64,000 nt of DNA from a bacterium (GTDB lineage: Bacteria > Zhuqueibacterota > Zhuqueibacteria > Residuimicrobiales > Krinioviventaceae). The position numbers and the translations under genes were made by a program. Where the stretch lies: the NCBI GenBank assembly GCA_029561455.1, contig JAKQIY010000076.1, forward strand, positions 5,150 through 69,149, written 5' to 3'. Positions 46,124-55,316 of this stretch are shown here, piece by piece. The first letter of the stretch is position 1. The number at the start of each line of letters is the position of its first letter. The notes beneath the pieces were generated by a model, which was not told the origin of the DNA, ran no database searches, and was given only the letters and a program-made list of their open reading frames with translations.

Positions 46124-46952
46124 AACCTGATCTGTGAGAGGACCTCAGTTCAATATTCATGCGGTTAATTAATTCAATGACTTCATGGTGACACAAGGCC
46201 AACAACTCTTTTTCTCTGTCGCGATTATAATGTAAATGCAGGTCATTCCCGGCATCGTAATATCCAGGGTGACACACCAGCAAGTTAATGCCATTTCTCA
46301 TGCGGCACAGGCAGGATTTTACAACATCCAGCTTTTCCGGGTGTTGATATAACTCACGAAACCAGATAAAATCGACACTGTTGTACCGGTTTTTTGGGGC
46401 CGCCGGGATAATGATTTTAGCCAGTATTCTAATCAAAACATTTACAGGCCGGTTTTCAAGATAGTGTATTATTCCCCGCCGGTAACGGATCATGTGAATT
46501 TCAGGTTTGCAAACCTGTTGCAGTATAGCGGCAATCGGCGGCAAACAATGAATGTCATGATGACTATCGATATGTGTTATCGCAATACCGGAATCGACAA
46601 GTTTATGATACTGGGCTTTAAGTTCGGCGCGGCATTCCCGGTAGTTTATTCTGCCGGTAAGCAGGCGGAACAGAAATTGCATTTTACCGTGCAACAGTCC
46701 GTTCCGGTCGACCAATGATTGCACCTTGTTTGTGTTCAAAACCGGGTAACCGCCGGTCAAATTCACATGCCATCCGGCGGAAATTTGCGGATTCCGGTGC
46801 AGGAACCGGCAGGCCGCTGTAAAGCTGCGACCGTTTGCAGCCAGGGATACGCTGGTTACAATGCCTTTTTCTATCGCGTGCATGATGCCGCGATTTATGC
46901 TATCCGTCAGGCCGAAATCATCGGCATTAACTATTAGAGCGGTTTTTTTCAT
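46107..46952 (-). CDS. ChbG/YdjC(HpnK)-family carbohydrate deacetylase
   Basis: ALIVNADDFGLTDSINRGIMHAIEKGIVTSVSLAANG; HIDSHHDIH. Confidence 0.85.
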   Translation of the reverse strand: MKKTALIVNADDFGLTDSINRGIMHAIEKGIVTSVSLAANGRSFTAACRFLHRNPQISAGWHVNLTGGYPVLNTNKVQSLVDRNGLLHGKMQFLFRLLTGRINYRECRAELKAQYHKLVDSGIAITHIDSHHDIHCLPPIAAILQQVCKPEIHMIRYRRGIIHYLENRPVNVLIRILAKIIIPAAPKNRYNSVDFIWFRELYQHPEKLDVVKSCLCRMRNGINLLVCHPGYYDAGNDLHLHYNRDREKELLALCHHEVIELINRMNIELRSSHRSGYEAYI

Positions 46953-46962
46953 AGATTACAAA

Positions 46963-48267
46963 TCACTTTAATTGCAATCGGTTTACAAAAATATCAACCA
47001 GTTCATTGCATTTTTGTTGCTTGTCAAAAATTTGCATAACCCGCTGCCGGGCGGCTGTTCCTGTGGCGGCGCCAAGCTGCGGATTTTCCAGTAAAACTTT
47101 TAATGTTTCCGCCAGTTGCCCGGGGCTGTCCGGTTGCAGCAGGAAACCACTTTTTTCATGTTCAATAATTTCCGGTATACCGGAAATAGCGGTAGAGATC
47201 ACACAAACCTGCATGGCCATGGCTTCGGCCAACACATTAGGAATTCCGTCACGGTCGCCGTTTGCAGCAATGCGGCAGGGCAGGACAAATATTGCCGCAC
47301 GCGCTAACAGTTCCTTTACTTCCGGCGGAGCAACTACACCGGGCAATGTTACTCGTGAATGTAAATTTTGTTCCCGGCATATTTCTTCCAGGTTATGCCG
47401 TTCCGGGCCGTCGCCAATGATCAGGCAATTGAAAGCCACATTCTGTTTTTGCAGCAAAGCGCAGGCTTGCAACAGTGTGTCGAAACCCTTTTTCGGCACC
47501 AACCGGCCAACACTCAATAGAAGCGGCGGTTGATCTTTAATTGCGCCGGGCACAGGACTGAAACTGTCCGCGTCCACACCATGATAATTGAGAATGACCT
47601 TGTGCGCCGGAATATTTTTAAAATGATTGGTTATATACTCTTTATTATAACCGGTGCAGGTCAGCACAAATGCTGCACCGGCCAGCTTCTGCGGCAACAG
47701 CGCCGGTTCCACAAACAAATCCGTAGCATGGGTGGTAAAGCTATAGGGAATGCCGCACAGACGCGCAATCAGCATGGCAAAGCTGGTCGCCGCATCTGCA
47801 AAATGACCGTGCACCAGGTTGTACCGGCCGCGGTCAATTCGCTGCGCCAGCGGCGCCGCCATAATAAAATGTACCAGTAAATTTTGCCGGTCACTTTTGG
47901 AAAATCTTTTTCTCGACTTGTTACGGAAAAAAATGTAAGCAAATGCAGTTCTCGTTAGTCGCAATACATTACCGTACCGGCAGGCAAAGAAAAATGTATC
48001 TAGATAACGAAGCGGGTGGCGGAAAAGCCAATACAAATGGCTGCGCAACAACCCGGATACGCTTAACAAAGAAGTCATATATACGGTACGCTGCGACAAT
48101 TCATGCAGATCAGCCCGGTCAAAAGATTTATCGCTGCGGAACAGGGAATAAATATCCAGATCGATCTTTCTTTTCAACAGATTTTGCAATTCGGAAACAA
48201 TAAAGGTTTCCGAGAGCACCGGAAAATAATTAACAATGAATGCAATTTTTAGAGTTTTAGCGGTCAT
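46963..48267 (-). CDS. GT4-family glycosyltransferase (WcaL-like)
   Basis: MTAKTLKIAFIVNYFPVLSETFIVSE, then VLPCRIAANGDRDGIPNVLAEAMAMQVCVISTAISGIPEII. The track ORF extends to 48324. The ATG at 48267 avoids a long overlap with the upstream gene, leaving an 11-nt overlap. Confidence 0.85.
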   Translation of the reverse strand: MTAKTLKIAFIVNYFPVLSETFIVSELQNLLKRKIDLDIYSLFRSDKSFDRADLHELSQRTVYMTSLLSVSGLLRSHLYWLFRHPLRYLDTFFFACRYGNVLRLTRTAFAYIFFRNKSRKRFSKSDRQNLLVHFIMAAPLAQRIDRGRYNLVHGHFADAATSFAMLIARLCGIPYSFTTHATDLFVEPALLPQKLAGAAFVLTCTGYNKEYITNHFKNIPAHKVILNYHGVDADSFSPVPGAIKDQPPLLLSVGRLVPKKGFDTLLQACALLQKQNVAFNCLIIGDGPERHNLEEICREQNLHSRVTLPGVVAPPEVKELLARAAIFVLPCRIAANGDRDGIPNVLAEAMAMQVCVISTAISGIPEIIEHEKSGFLLQPDSPGQLAETLKVLLENPQLGAATGTAARQRVMQIFDKQQKCNELVDIFVNRLQLK

Positions 48268-49177
48268 GCCTTGTCTCCCGGTTCTTTTCCAGCACGCCGC
48301 AGGCAAAACCATAACCGTGCACAATCAGTCCAGCCAGCGCCAGGGGATATAATAATAAATAGATCAGAAAATTTTTGGGGCATTTACGCAGTAAAATCCA
48401 CCCTATCCGTATGGAACGTAGAATTGGCGCCAGGGGAATAAGATAAGGATGCTCTACCATGAACGAATTGCGCGACTTGAATTCCCGGCCGGTTTTGGCC
48501 GCGCCCTTGCCCAGCTTGAACTGGTTACGGATTACTGCGCGTAATTCCGTGCGGTTATGATGCCAAACCCGCACATCGGACTGCCAGTAAATTGCATCTC
48601 CACCCGCCAGCGCCCGGCGGAAGAACCGGCTGTCGCTGCCGTTCAGATAATGATCGAACGGCCCATATTTAGCAAATATATTCCGTGTAAAAAACACATT
48701 CAACGTACCACAGGGACCAATCTTGACGCCGTTGCGTACATTCCAGGAATCAAAAAATTCCAGCAGATACTCGATAGTACCCCAGATACTGCGGGGTGTG
48801 CCGTTCATGACCGGGCCGACAATGATCTGCTTGCCGGTTCGATAACCGTTGACAATATCGTTCACCCACAATTCTCCCACCCGGCAATCGGTATCGGTAA
48901 ACAAGAACAAATCCGTTTTGGCATTTTCAATTCCGAGATTGCGGCCTTGTCCCGGATGCAGCCGGGTTTCCGAACGCACCAGGTTAACCCAGGGAAAGTC
49001 CCGGCGCACCAGTTCGGCTGAATTATCCGTGCCGCTATCGACAACGATCACTTCAAAAGCATAATCAGTCTTTTGGTTTTGCAGTGATTGCAGTAAATGC
49101 CCAATATACCGGGCACAGTTATAAGAAGGAATAATAACCGAAGCGCATATCTTTTTATTTGAGTAAGAATTGTTCAT
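48257..49177 (-). CDS. GT2-family glycosyltransferase
   Basis: SVIIPSYNCARYIGHLLQSLQNQ, VIVVDSGTDNS, FTDTDCRV (DxD motif), and a C-terminal TM segment. Confidence 0.85.
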   Translation of the reverse strand: MNNSYSNKKICASVIIPSYNCARYIGHLLQSLQNQKTDYAFEVIVVDSGTDNSAELVRRDFPWVNLVRSETRLHPGQGRNLGIENAKTDLFLFTDTDCRVGELWVNDIVNGYRTGKQIIVGPVMNGTPRSIWGTIEYLLEFFDSWNVRNGVKIGPCGTLNVFFTRNIFAKYGPFDHYLNGSDSRFFRRALAGGDAIYWQSDVRVWHHNRTELRAVIRNQFKLGKGAAKTGREFKSRNSFMVEHPYLIPLAPILRSIRIGWILLRKCPKNFLIYLLLYPLALAGLIVHGYGFACGVLEKNRETRHDR

Positions 49178-49187
49178 TATTCAAAAA

Positions 49188-50339
49188 TTACTTTTCTATC
49201 AATCCGGTTATTGCGGCAGCCATGCCGTCCCAACTGTATTTTTTATTCAATTCCATGATTTGCCAGTGCATTTTTCCAACCAGTGCAGTATTTAAAGCGC
49301 CGTTTATTAAAAACTTGTTCACTGCATTAACCAGTGCTTCGGCATCGCCGGGCAGCGTCAGGAAACCGGTTTCACCATCGCTCACAATTTCGGCAAAACA
49401 GCTTAAATTCGAAGCGATGACCGGTTTTTCCATAGCCAGGGCAACTTGCAAAGCGCCGCTGCCGGTAGCCGAAGTATACGGAAAAACCGCAATATCAGCC
49501 GCAGTATACAGTTTTTCCACTTCTTCATTAACGATATATTCATTTTTACGGATCACAACAGAGTGTAAGCCAAATTCGGCAATCTGTTTCTGAATGATAT
49601 CTTCTTCCTCATGCCAGGCTTCGCCGGCGAGTAACAGGCGGATATTCGGATGTTCCGCCGCCAGGGTTTTCATAGCGGTAAGCAGAACGGGAACACCCTT
49701 ATATTTACGGACAAAACCAAAAAACATCAGCACAATATGTTCCGGGGCAAAGCCTAACCTCAGGCGTTCCTGTTCTCTCCGACCGGAATCGGATTTAAAA
49801 AAGTCATAACTGGGGTGCGCCCTGACCAGAACCTTGGCTCCGGGCACCAGGTAAAGCAGCGACTCGCGCACTTCTTTGGAATGGGCAACAAAATAGTCGC
49901 CCATCCGCAGCACCAACCGGGTACAAAATTGGCCGATGCGGCTGGATTCATGTTCAACAACATTATGGCAAATGAAAACAATTTTGGGCGTTTTCATGGT
50001 TTTAATACCGGCGCAGATCACCCAATAAGGCAGCGTCCAGAACGATACCCACCAGGGAATGATCACCACATCCGGGCGGTGTTTATGAATATGTCGGATA
50101 ACCCGAAACCACGATAACGGGTTCATTGAATCGAGCAAATAATCTACCCCCGGTTCAGCCAGCTTTACCTGGCTTAAATCTTTATCGGTTTGGCCGGGAT
50201 ATAGCCACATGGGGTATTGGCGCTTGACTGCGCCGAGTGTAACTGAATGTTCTTTTTTCAGAGCGCGAAATAACAACGTTGTATAATGCGAAATCCCGCC
50301 GCGGTACGGCCAGGTCGGACCTAGCATATAAATTTTCAT
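49188..50339 (-). CDS. GT4-family glycosyltransferase
   Basis: MKIYMLGPTWPYRGGISHYT; FPYTSATGSGALQVALAMEKPVIASNLSCFAEIVSDGETG. Confidence 0.85.
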   Translation of the reverse strand: MKIYMLGPTWPYRGGISHYTTLLFRALKKEHSVTLGAVKRQYPMWLYPGQTDKDLSQVKLAEPGVDYLLDSMNPLSWFRVIRHIHKHRPDVVIIPWWVSFWTLPYWVICAGIKTMKTPKIVFICHNVVEHESSRIGQFCTRLVLRMGDYFVAHSKEVRESLLYLVPGAKVLVRAHPSYDFFKSDSGRREQERLRLGFAPEHIVLMFFGFVRKYKGVPVLLTAMKTLAAEHPNIRLLLAGEAWHEEEDIIQKQIAEFGLHSVVIRKNEYIVNEEVEKLYTAADIAVFPYTSATGSGALQVALAMEKPVIASNLSCFAEIVSDGETGFLTLPGDAEALVNAVNKFLINGALNTALVGKMHWQIMELNKKYSWDGMAAAITGLIEK

Positions 50340-50376
50340 ATACCTCCCCTTTGTTGCAAGTCACACCCTGTCCTGC

Positions 50377-51360
50377 TCACTTGTCCGCCTCTTCCCTTTC
50401 GCCGCTTGTAGTATTACTTTCCATTTTACGAACCCGGTATAATACATTTTCAATCAACTGCCGGTTAGCCCCGATCAAATCCGCCAGCAAGCCGATAATA
50501 AAAATCTGAAAACCAACAATCAGTAAAACCGCCGCCAGTATCAAAGACTGGATATGACCGGCGCCGGAGATAAATAAATAATAAAATAAAAACCGCAGCC
50601 CGATAAGAGTACCAAGTAAAAATATTGTACCGCCGATATAGGTAAACATTTTTAACGGTTCGTACATTGTATAAATACGGACTATTGTACTCATAGAGCG
50701 TTTAATATATTGCCAGTTACCTTTGAAAAGCCGGGATTCACGCAGTTGTTCATTAACCCGCACCGGGACATGGCTGACCACCAAGTTTTTTTTGCCGGCC
50801 TGGATGATCGTTTCCAAAGTATAGGTAAACCTGCTAACGATATTTATTTGCATGGCGGCATCGCGGGAAAAGGCGCGAAAGCCGCTGGGTGCGTCCGGAA
50901 TGTCGGTATCGGAGACTTGGCGCACTACCCAACTGCCGAGACGCTGCAGGCGTTTTTTTAACCAGGAAAAATGTTCAATTTCACCAGTCTGGCGATCGCC
51001 GATAACAATATCGGCTTGTTTGTTCAGAATAGGCCGCACCAGCTTTTCAATATCTGCGCCGTAATATTGATTGTCGGCGTCGGTATTAACAATAATATCG
51101 GCGCCAAGCTGCAAACAGGCATCGATCCCGGCGTTAAAGCCCTTTGCCAGCCCCTTGTTGCGGGTAAAACTGACAATATGCTTAACTCCCAGGTCACGAG
51201 CTACCTGCACAGTGCTATCTCTGCTGCCGTCATCGATGATCAGAATTTCGATCTCATCAATACCGTCAATTTTTTGCGGAAGATCGGCCAAAGTGTGTGG
51301 CAGAACTTTTTCTTCGTTATAACAGGGTATTTGAATGATCAGTTTCATTTTATAAATCAA
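50377..51360 (-). CDS. GT2 polyprenyl-phosphate-sugar synthase type (GtrB-like) with two C-terminal TM helices
   Basis: LIIQIPCYNEEKVLP, ILIIDDGSRDST, NTDADNQYYGADI, and C-terminal IIGLLADLIG. Confidence 0.85.
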   Translation of the reverse strand: MIYKMKLIIQIPCYNEEKVLPHTLADLPQKIDGIDEIEILIIDDGSRDSTVQVARDLGVKHIVSFTRNKGLAKGFNAGIDACLQLGADIIVNTDADNQYYGADIEKLVRPILNKQADIVIGDRQTGEIEHFSWLKKRLQRLGSWVVRQVSDTDIPDAPSGFRAFSRDAAMQINIVSRFTYTLETIIQAGKKNLVVSHVPVRVNEQLRESRLFKGNWQYIKRSMSTIVRIYTMYEPLKMFTYIGGTIFLLGTLIGLRFLFYYLFISGAGHIQSLILAAVLLIVGFQIFIIGLLADLIGANRQLIENVLYRVRKMESNTTSGEREEADK

Positions 51361-51371
51361 TCCTGAAAGTG

Positions 51372-52337
51372 CTATTCAATAATTTCTTCAATATTATACT
51401 CTTCAATTTCATTGGCATGGGTATATATGATCATCTCACCCAACAAACCTATAGATACCAGTTGAATGCCGATAATGAACAACATCGCGCCAAGTAACAG
51501 CATAGGCCGGCCGGCAATGGCGCCGTATCCTAAAATGCGGTAAATGAACAGATACAGGTTGATCACCGCGCCAAGCAAGGTAAATATCACTCCGATAAAG
51601 CCTAAAAAATGCAGTGGCTTTTTAGAGTATTTACTGATAAATATTACATTAAGAAAATCCAGCAGCCGTTTGATATAATTTCTAGGATAAAGAGACTGGG
51701 CAAAACGGCCCGGTAACTGCTCGATGTTTTCTTCAGCGATCTTGTAACCCTGGCGGTAAGCCATTACCGGTATAAAAGCATTCAATTCACCATAAAAAGG
51801 CACATGTTCGAGCAGGGATTTGCGCGTTGCCAGTACCCCGCTGTTTATATCGTGCAATTTTAATTTGGTCATCGAACTGGTCATACAATTGAACACCCTG
51901 GAAACAAGTTGATTTAAACGCGAATCGCGCCGGGGAGAACGTACGCCAAGCACAATATCGTAACCTTCATTTAATTTTTGCACAAAGCGCACCAGATTTT
52001 TAGGACTGACATTGACCCGGCAGGTAAAATAGACGATCAATTCGCCGCCGGCCAGTTTCATCCCGGCATCCAGGGCTGCGGATTCACCAAACATGGTGCG
52101 CAGTTTGACCAGTTTAATATTTTGTGACTGACCGGCCAGTTCCACCATTTTTTTCCAGGTGCCGTCGCTGCTGCCGTCATCGACATAAATAATTTCAAAA
52201 GCGAACGCCGCGCCGGTAAAGATTTCCTGTAACTGCCGGTTCAGTTCCGGCAAGTAATCCTGGTGGTTTTGCGCTGTTACAATTATAGAAACCAGGTTAT
52301 TATCGCTTTTAGATTGTATTGATTTTAATTGTTCCAT
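51372..52337 (-). CDS. GtrB/ArnC-like GT2 paralog lacking the DxD motif (probable pseudo-enzyme)
   Basis: Colinear with 52352..53308: IIYVDDGSSDGT, FGESAALDAG, YGELNAFIP, GLLGEMI. At the DxD position it reads FTCRVNV (nt 52008..52028), where the neighbour has MDGDLQN. The N-terminal motif TAQNHQD replaces P-x-x-NE. Confidence 0.75.
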   Translation of the reverse strand: MEQLKSIQSKSDNNLVSIIVTAQNHQDYLPELNRQLQEIFTGAAFAFEIIYVDDGSSDGTWKKMVELAGQSQNIKLVKLRTMFGESAALDAGMKLAGGELIVYFTCRVNVSPKNLVRFVQKLNEGYDIVLGVRSPRRDSRLNQLVSRVFNCMTSSMTKLKLHDINSGVLATRKSLLEHVPFYGELNAFIPVMAYRQGYKIAEENIEQLPGRFAQSLYPRNYIKRLLDFLNVIFISKYSKKPLHFLGFIGVIFTLLGAVINLYLFIYRILGYGAIAGRPMLLLGAMLFIIGIQLVSIGLLGEMIIYTHANEIEEYNIEEIIE

Positions 52338-52351
52338 ATCCTGTAAACACC

Positions 52352-53308
52352 TTAATAATCAAATTTTTTCCGTGAACCGGTGTTCGCCACCAGTTTGCCA
52401 ACCAATCCATAACACATAAACTGAAAAGCCGTAGCCCATAACAATAAAATCAGGGTGATCTGAATATTCAAGCGGGCGGCATTAAAATGCTGCATTAAAA
52501 AATGATACATAAAATGCACGAATACAATCACACCGGAGCAAAAAAAGAATGAAGCAAACGCTGAAAAAAATCGCAGGGGATTATGCAAATGTTTCATCAG
52601 CAGCCGGATGGTGGTTAAATCCATAATGACGCGAAAAGTGCGGGTGAGATTATATTTGGATTTGCCATACTCGCGGGCATGATGGTTAACCGGCATTTCG
52701 GTAATATTGGCGCCCTGCATGCGCAGCAGCGCCGGAATAAAACGGTGCAGCTCGCCATACAAAGATATACTACGCAGTAAATCGCCGCGAAACGCTTTGA
52801 GCGAGCAACCGGTATCATGCAATTTTACATTCGTGACTGAACAGATAATACGGTTGGCAATTTTTGAAGGCACCTTGCGGACAAATAATTTATCCTTGCG
52901 GTTTTTCCGCCAGCCGCTAACCACATCGTACCCTTCTTCCAGCTTACTTAAAATGCGGGGGATATCGGCCGGATCATTCTGCAAATCGCCGTCCATTGCA
53001 ATAACATTCACTCCCCGGGTTGCCCTGAACCCGGCTGCCATAGCTGCCGATTGCCCGAAATTGGCACGGAACAGGATTGCCTTGAGGGGCTTGTGCTGCT
53101 GCGCCAGGCGGCGCATTACATCGCGGGTGCCGTCGCTACTGCCGTCGTCCACAAAAATCACTTCATAGCTTTTGCCCATCTTTTCCAAAACATCGTACAA
53201 GACATTCCACACCCGTTCTACATTTTCAATTTCATTGAAAAAGGGTACGACCACAGATAAATTGGGTTGTTCAGTTTGAGTTCTGCTTATTTCATTTTTG
53301 TACTTCAT
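52352..53308 (-). CDS. GT2 polyprenyl-phosphate-sugar synthase type (ArnC/GtrB-like)
   Basis: LSVVVPFFNEIENV, VIFVDDGSSDGT, NFGQSAAMAAGF, MDGDLQNDPADI, YGELHRFIPAL, and C-terminal TM helices. Confidence 0.88.
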   Translation of the reverse strand: MKYKNEISRTQTEQPNLSVVVPFFNEIENVERVWNVLYDVLEKMGKSYEVIFVDDGSSDGTRDVMRRLAQQHKPLKAILFRANFGQSAAMAAGFRATRGVNVIAMDGDLQNDPADIPRILSKLEEGYDVVSGWRKNRKDKLFVRKVPSKIANRIICSVTNVKLHDTGCSLKAFRGDLLRSISLYGELHRFIPALLRMQGANITEMPVNHHAREYGKSKYNLTRTFRVIMDLTTIRLLMKHLHNPLRFFSAFASFFFCSGVIVFVHFMYHFLMQHFNAARLNIQITLILLLWATAFQFMCYGLVGKLVANTGSRKKFDY

Positions 53309-53849
53309 TGCCCGAAAACCGTTTTTTAAGCCAGAAAGTGATTATAACCAGGGGCAGAACCAGGTATATTTCCCGCACTACAGCCATGCCGTTATGCGGA
53401 TTAAAAAGACTTTTAATGAAATGAGATGAATCCGCGGCCCGGTGCATATCGGTAAACAGGCGCACCGGAATAATATAATAATGATTGCTAAAAGGCCATA
53501 ACAGCGGCGCGCCAAACGGCGGATTATTATCTATAGTGAATATATCGAATAATAAATGTGATAGACCGGATAAAACAAATATTATCCAATACATACGAAA
53601 CATTTTTAAGTTTTTAAAACTGCACAACCATGCGCCGAGCGATCCGGCCAGCGTCACAAACACTAGGCTATGGGTAAAGCCATGATGATAGCGGTTTGGC
53701 TCGCCAATAATAAATCCGAACAAAAAATCAATATCCGGCAGCACGGAAAATAAAAGTGCGCCGGTCAGGGCAAGCCAGTGCAGTTTTTTACCAGTTCCGG
53801 CAGTGTAAACAAGCAGCCCGCCTAAAGTATGTCCGATTGGTGAAGCCAT
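53292..53849 (-). CDS. Membrane-bound metal-dependent hydrolase (DUF457/YdjM-like)
   Basis: MASPIGHTLGG, LPDIDFLFG, HHGFTHSL, and four to five TM helices. Confidence 0.7.
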   Translation of the reverse strand: MASPIGHTLGGLLVYTAGTGKKLHWLALTGALLFSVLPDIDFLFGFIIGEPNRYHHGFTHSLVFVTLAGSLGAWLCSFKNLKMFRMYWIIFVLSGLSHLLFDIFTIDNNPPFGAPLLWPFSNHYYIIPVRLFTDMHRAADSSHFIKSLFNPHNGMAVVREIYLVLPLVIITFWLKKRFSGNEVQK

Positions 53850-53878
53850 AATTCCTGATCAGTAATATAAGCAAATTT

Positions 53879-55222
53879 TTACATACCACCCGTCATTGCA
53901 TAGAGACGGGTTGTCATTATGATATACACGTTGTAGAGTAATACTACGGAAATAAAAACATTAAAAATCACATCAACACGCAGGGTGCGGCCTGCGATAG
54001 TGGGCTTTTTCTCCGGTAATTGTCGAATGATCAAATTAACCACAAACAGAAACGGTAAAAACAAGGTCAGTATATGCCGAACCGATGGACCCAGGTAATT
54101 CCACCAGGCATTCAGTCCGAAAAAGACGCCAAAGTAGCAAAACAGGAACAGGAATAAAAAGATATGTTCCTTTAAAAGCAGCCAGGTTTTTTTCCGGTTC
54201 ATGAACAGGATGAGTATAAAGTACAGAGTATACAAAAAGATGAACCAGAAATAACCATACGCCTGTTTACTGGCTTTGATAGAAGTGATACCGCCCGTCC
54301 AAACCCGGTTAAAAACCTGGGCCAGGGTATGTTCCTGGAAATATTTTTTCATACTGGGTATTTGTTCCGGGGGCATTTGCGGCCAGCCGGTGCGGTCGCC
54401 ATGGGCGCGGGTGCCGCTTTTAATTTGCTCACGGGAATCGTACCACATATAAAAAGTGGAATTGACGTTATAAAAATACTCGCCGAATATTTTTTTATTA
54501 TTTTTAATATATGGATATACAACAATAATAAAGGTTACAATAACCAGCGCCAGGGTAATAAATGGGAAAAGTAATTGCTTAAGATTGACAGACCGGCTGG
54601 TTTTGGCGCGTAAACCAGCAACAAAAAGCCACACCTGTTTACAGGTAAACCACACAGCCAGCAGCCCCAATGCCGGCATTACCGAAGCCTTGGTTAAAAA
54701 AGTGAGACCGGTAAAAATCCCGGTTAAAATTGCATAATACCAGGTTGGCGCGGTGAACATCTTCAGGATCAGTAAAAAGGTAAGAAATGATAAAAAGAAA
54801 AACAATAATTCACATTGGAAATAAGGCGCTTTAAAAATAAACACTGTAAATGCAGTTATAAAAAAAAGGTTAATGGCGGTGTGCCGCGGGAAAAACCTGA
54901 AGAAAATCCACGCCAATGCGGCCAGTATCAATAAAGCGATTATTATATTGATTCTTTTACCAAGCACAAAATAATCATCCAGCGACATGCCGGTTCTGTA
55001 AAACACGGACATGATAATTGGATACAAGGGGTGCCGGTTGCGGTCTCCGGTAAAGTGATAATGGGTATCGTGTAAATTCTGGGCATAATACATATAGGCG
55101 CCCTGGTCGAATTTATCATAATCGGTATTTACTTCGCGGGAGTGCCGCTCGGCGCCATAATAAAATACTACAATGAACAAGGCTGCCGCCAGTATTACAA
55201 GCGCAATTTTTAAAAATTTCAT
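53879..55222 (-). CDS. GT-C-fold (ArnT/PMT_2-like) glycosyltransferase, short form
   Basis: TM1 is followed by TDYDKFDQGAYMYYAQNLHDTHY, then about 11 further TM helices. Confidence 0.65.
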   Translation of the reverse strand: MKFLKIALVILAAALFIVVFYYGAERHSREVNTDYDKFDQGAYMYYAQNLHDTHYHFTGDRNRHPLYPIIMSVFYRTGMSLDDYFVLGKRINIIIALLILAALAWIFFRFFPRHTAINLFFITAFTVFIFKAPYFQCELLFFFLSFLTFLLILKMFTAPTWYYAILTGIFTGLTFLTKASVMPALGLLAVWFTCKQVWLFVAGLRAKTSRSVNLKQLLFPFITLALVIVTFIIVVYPYIKNNKKIFGEYFYNVNSTFYMWYDSREQIKSGTRAHGDRTGWPQMPPEQIPSMKKYFQEHTLAQVFNRVWTGGITSIKASKQAYGYFWFIFLYTLYFILILFMNRKKTWLLLKEHIFLFLFLFCYFGVFFGLNAWWNYLGPSVRHILTLFLPFLFVVNLIIRQLPEKKPTIAGRTLRVDVIFNVFISVVLLYNVYIIMTTRLYAMTGGM

Positions 55223-55316
55223 TTTATATCACCTCGATCATTTTTATCATCAAAGCAAGGAAATACAATGTTAAATACATCTATCATTTACCGGTATATT
55301 CACCATTCCCGTTTTC

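Noticed and set aside
48268-48324. N-terminal extension of the GT4 ORF (MCTVMVLPAACWKRTGRQG), which would overlap the upstream GT2 by 68 nt. Likewise the TTG-initiated extension 18724..18741 of the first GT4.
   Set aside because: The internal ATGs (48267 and 18723) give canonical GT4 N-termini (MTAKTLKIAFIVNYFP and MNVLMIHKFYY) and only short overlaps. The extensions are probably artefacts of longest-ORF calling.
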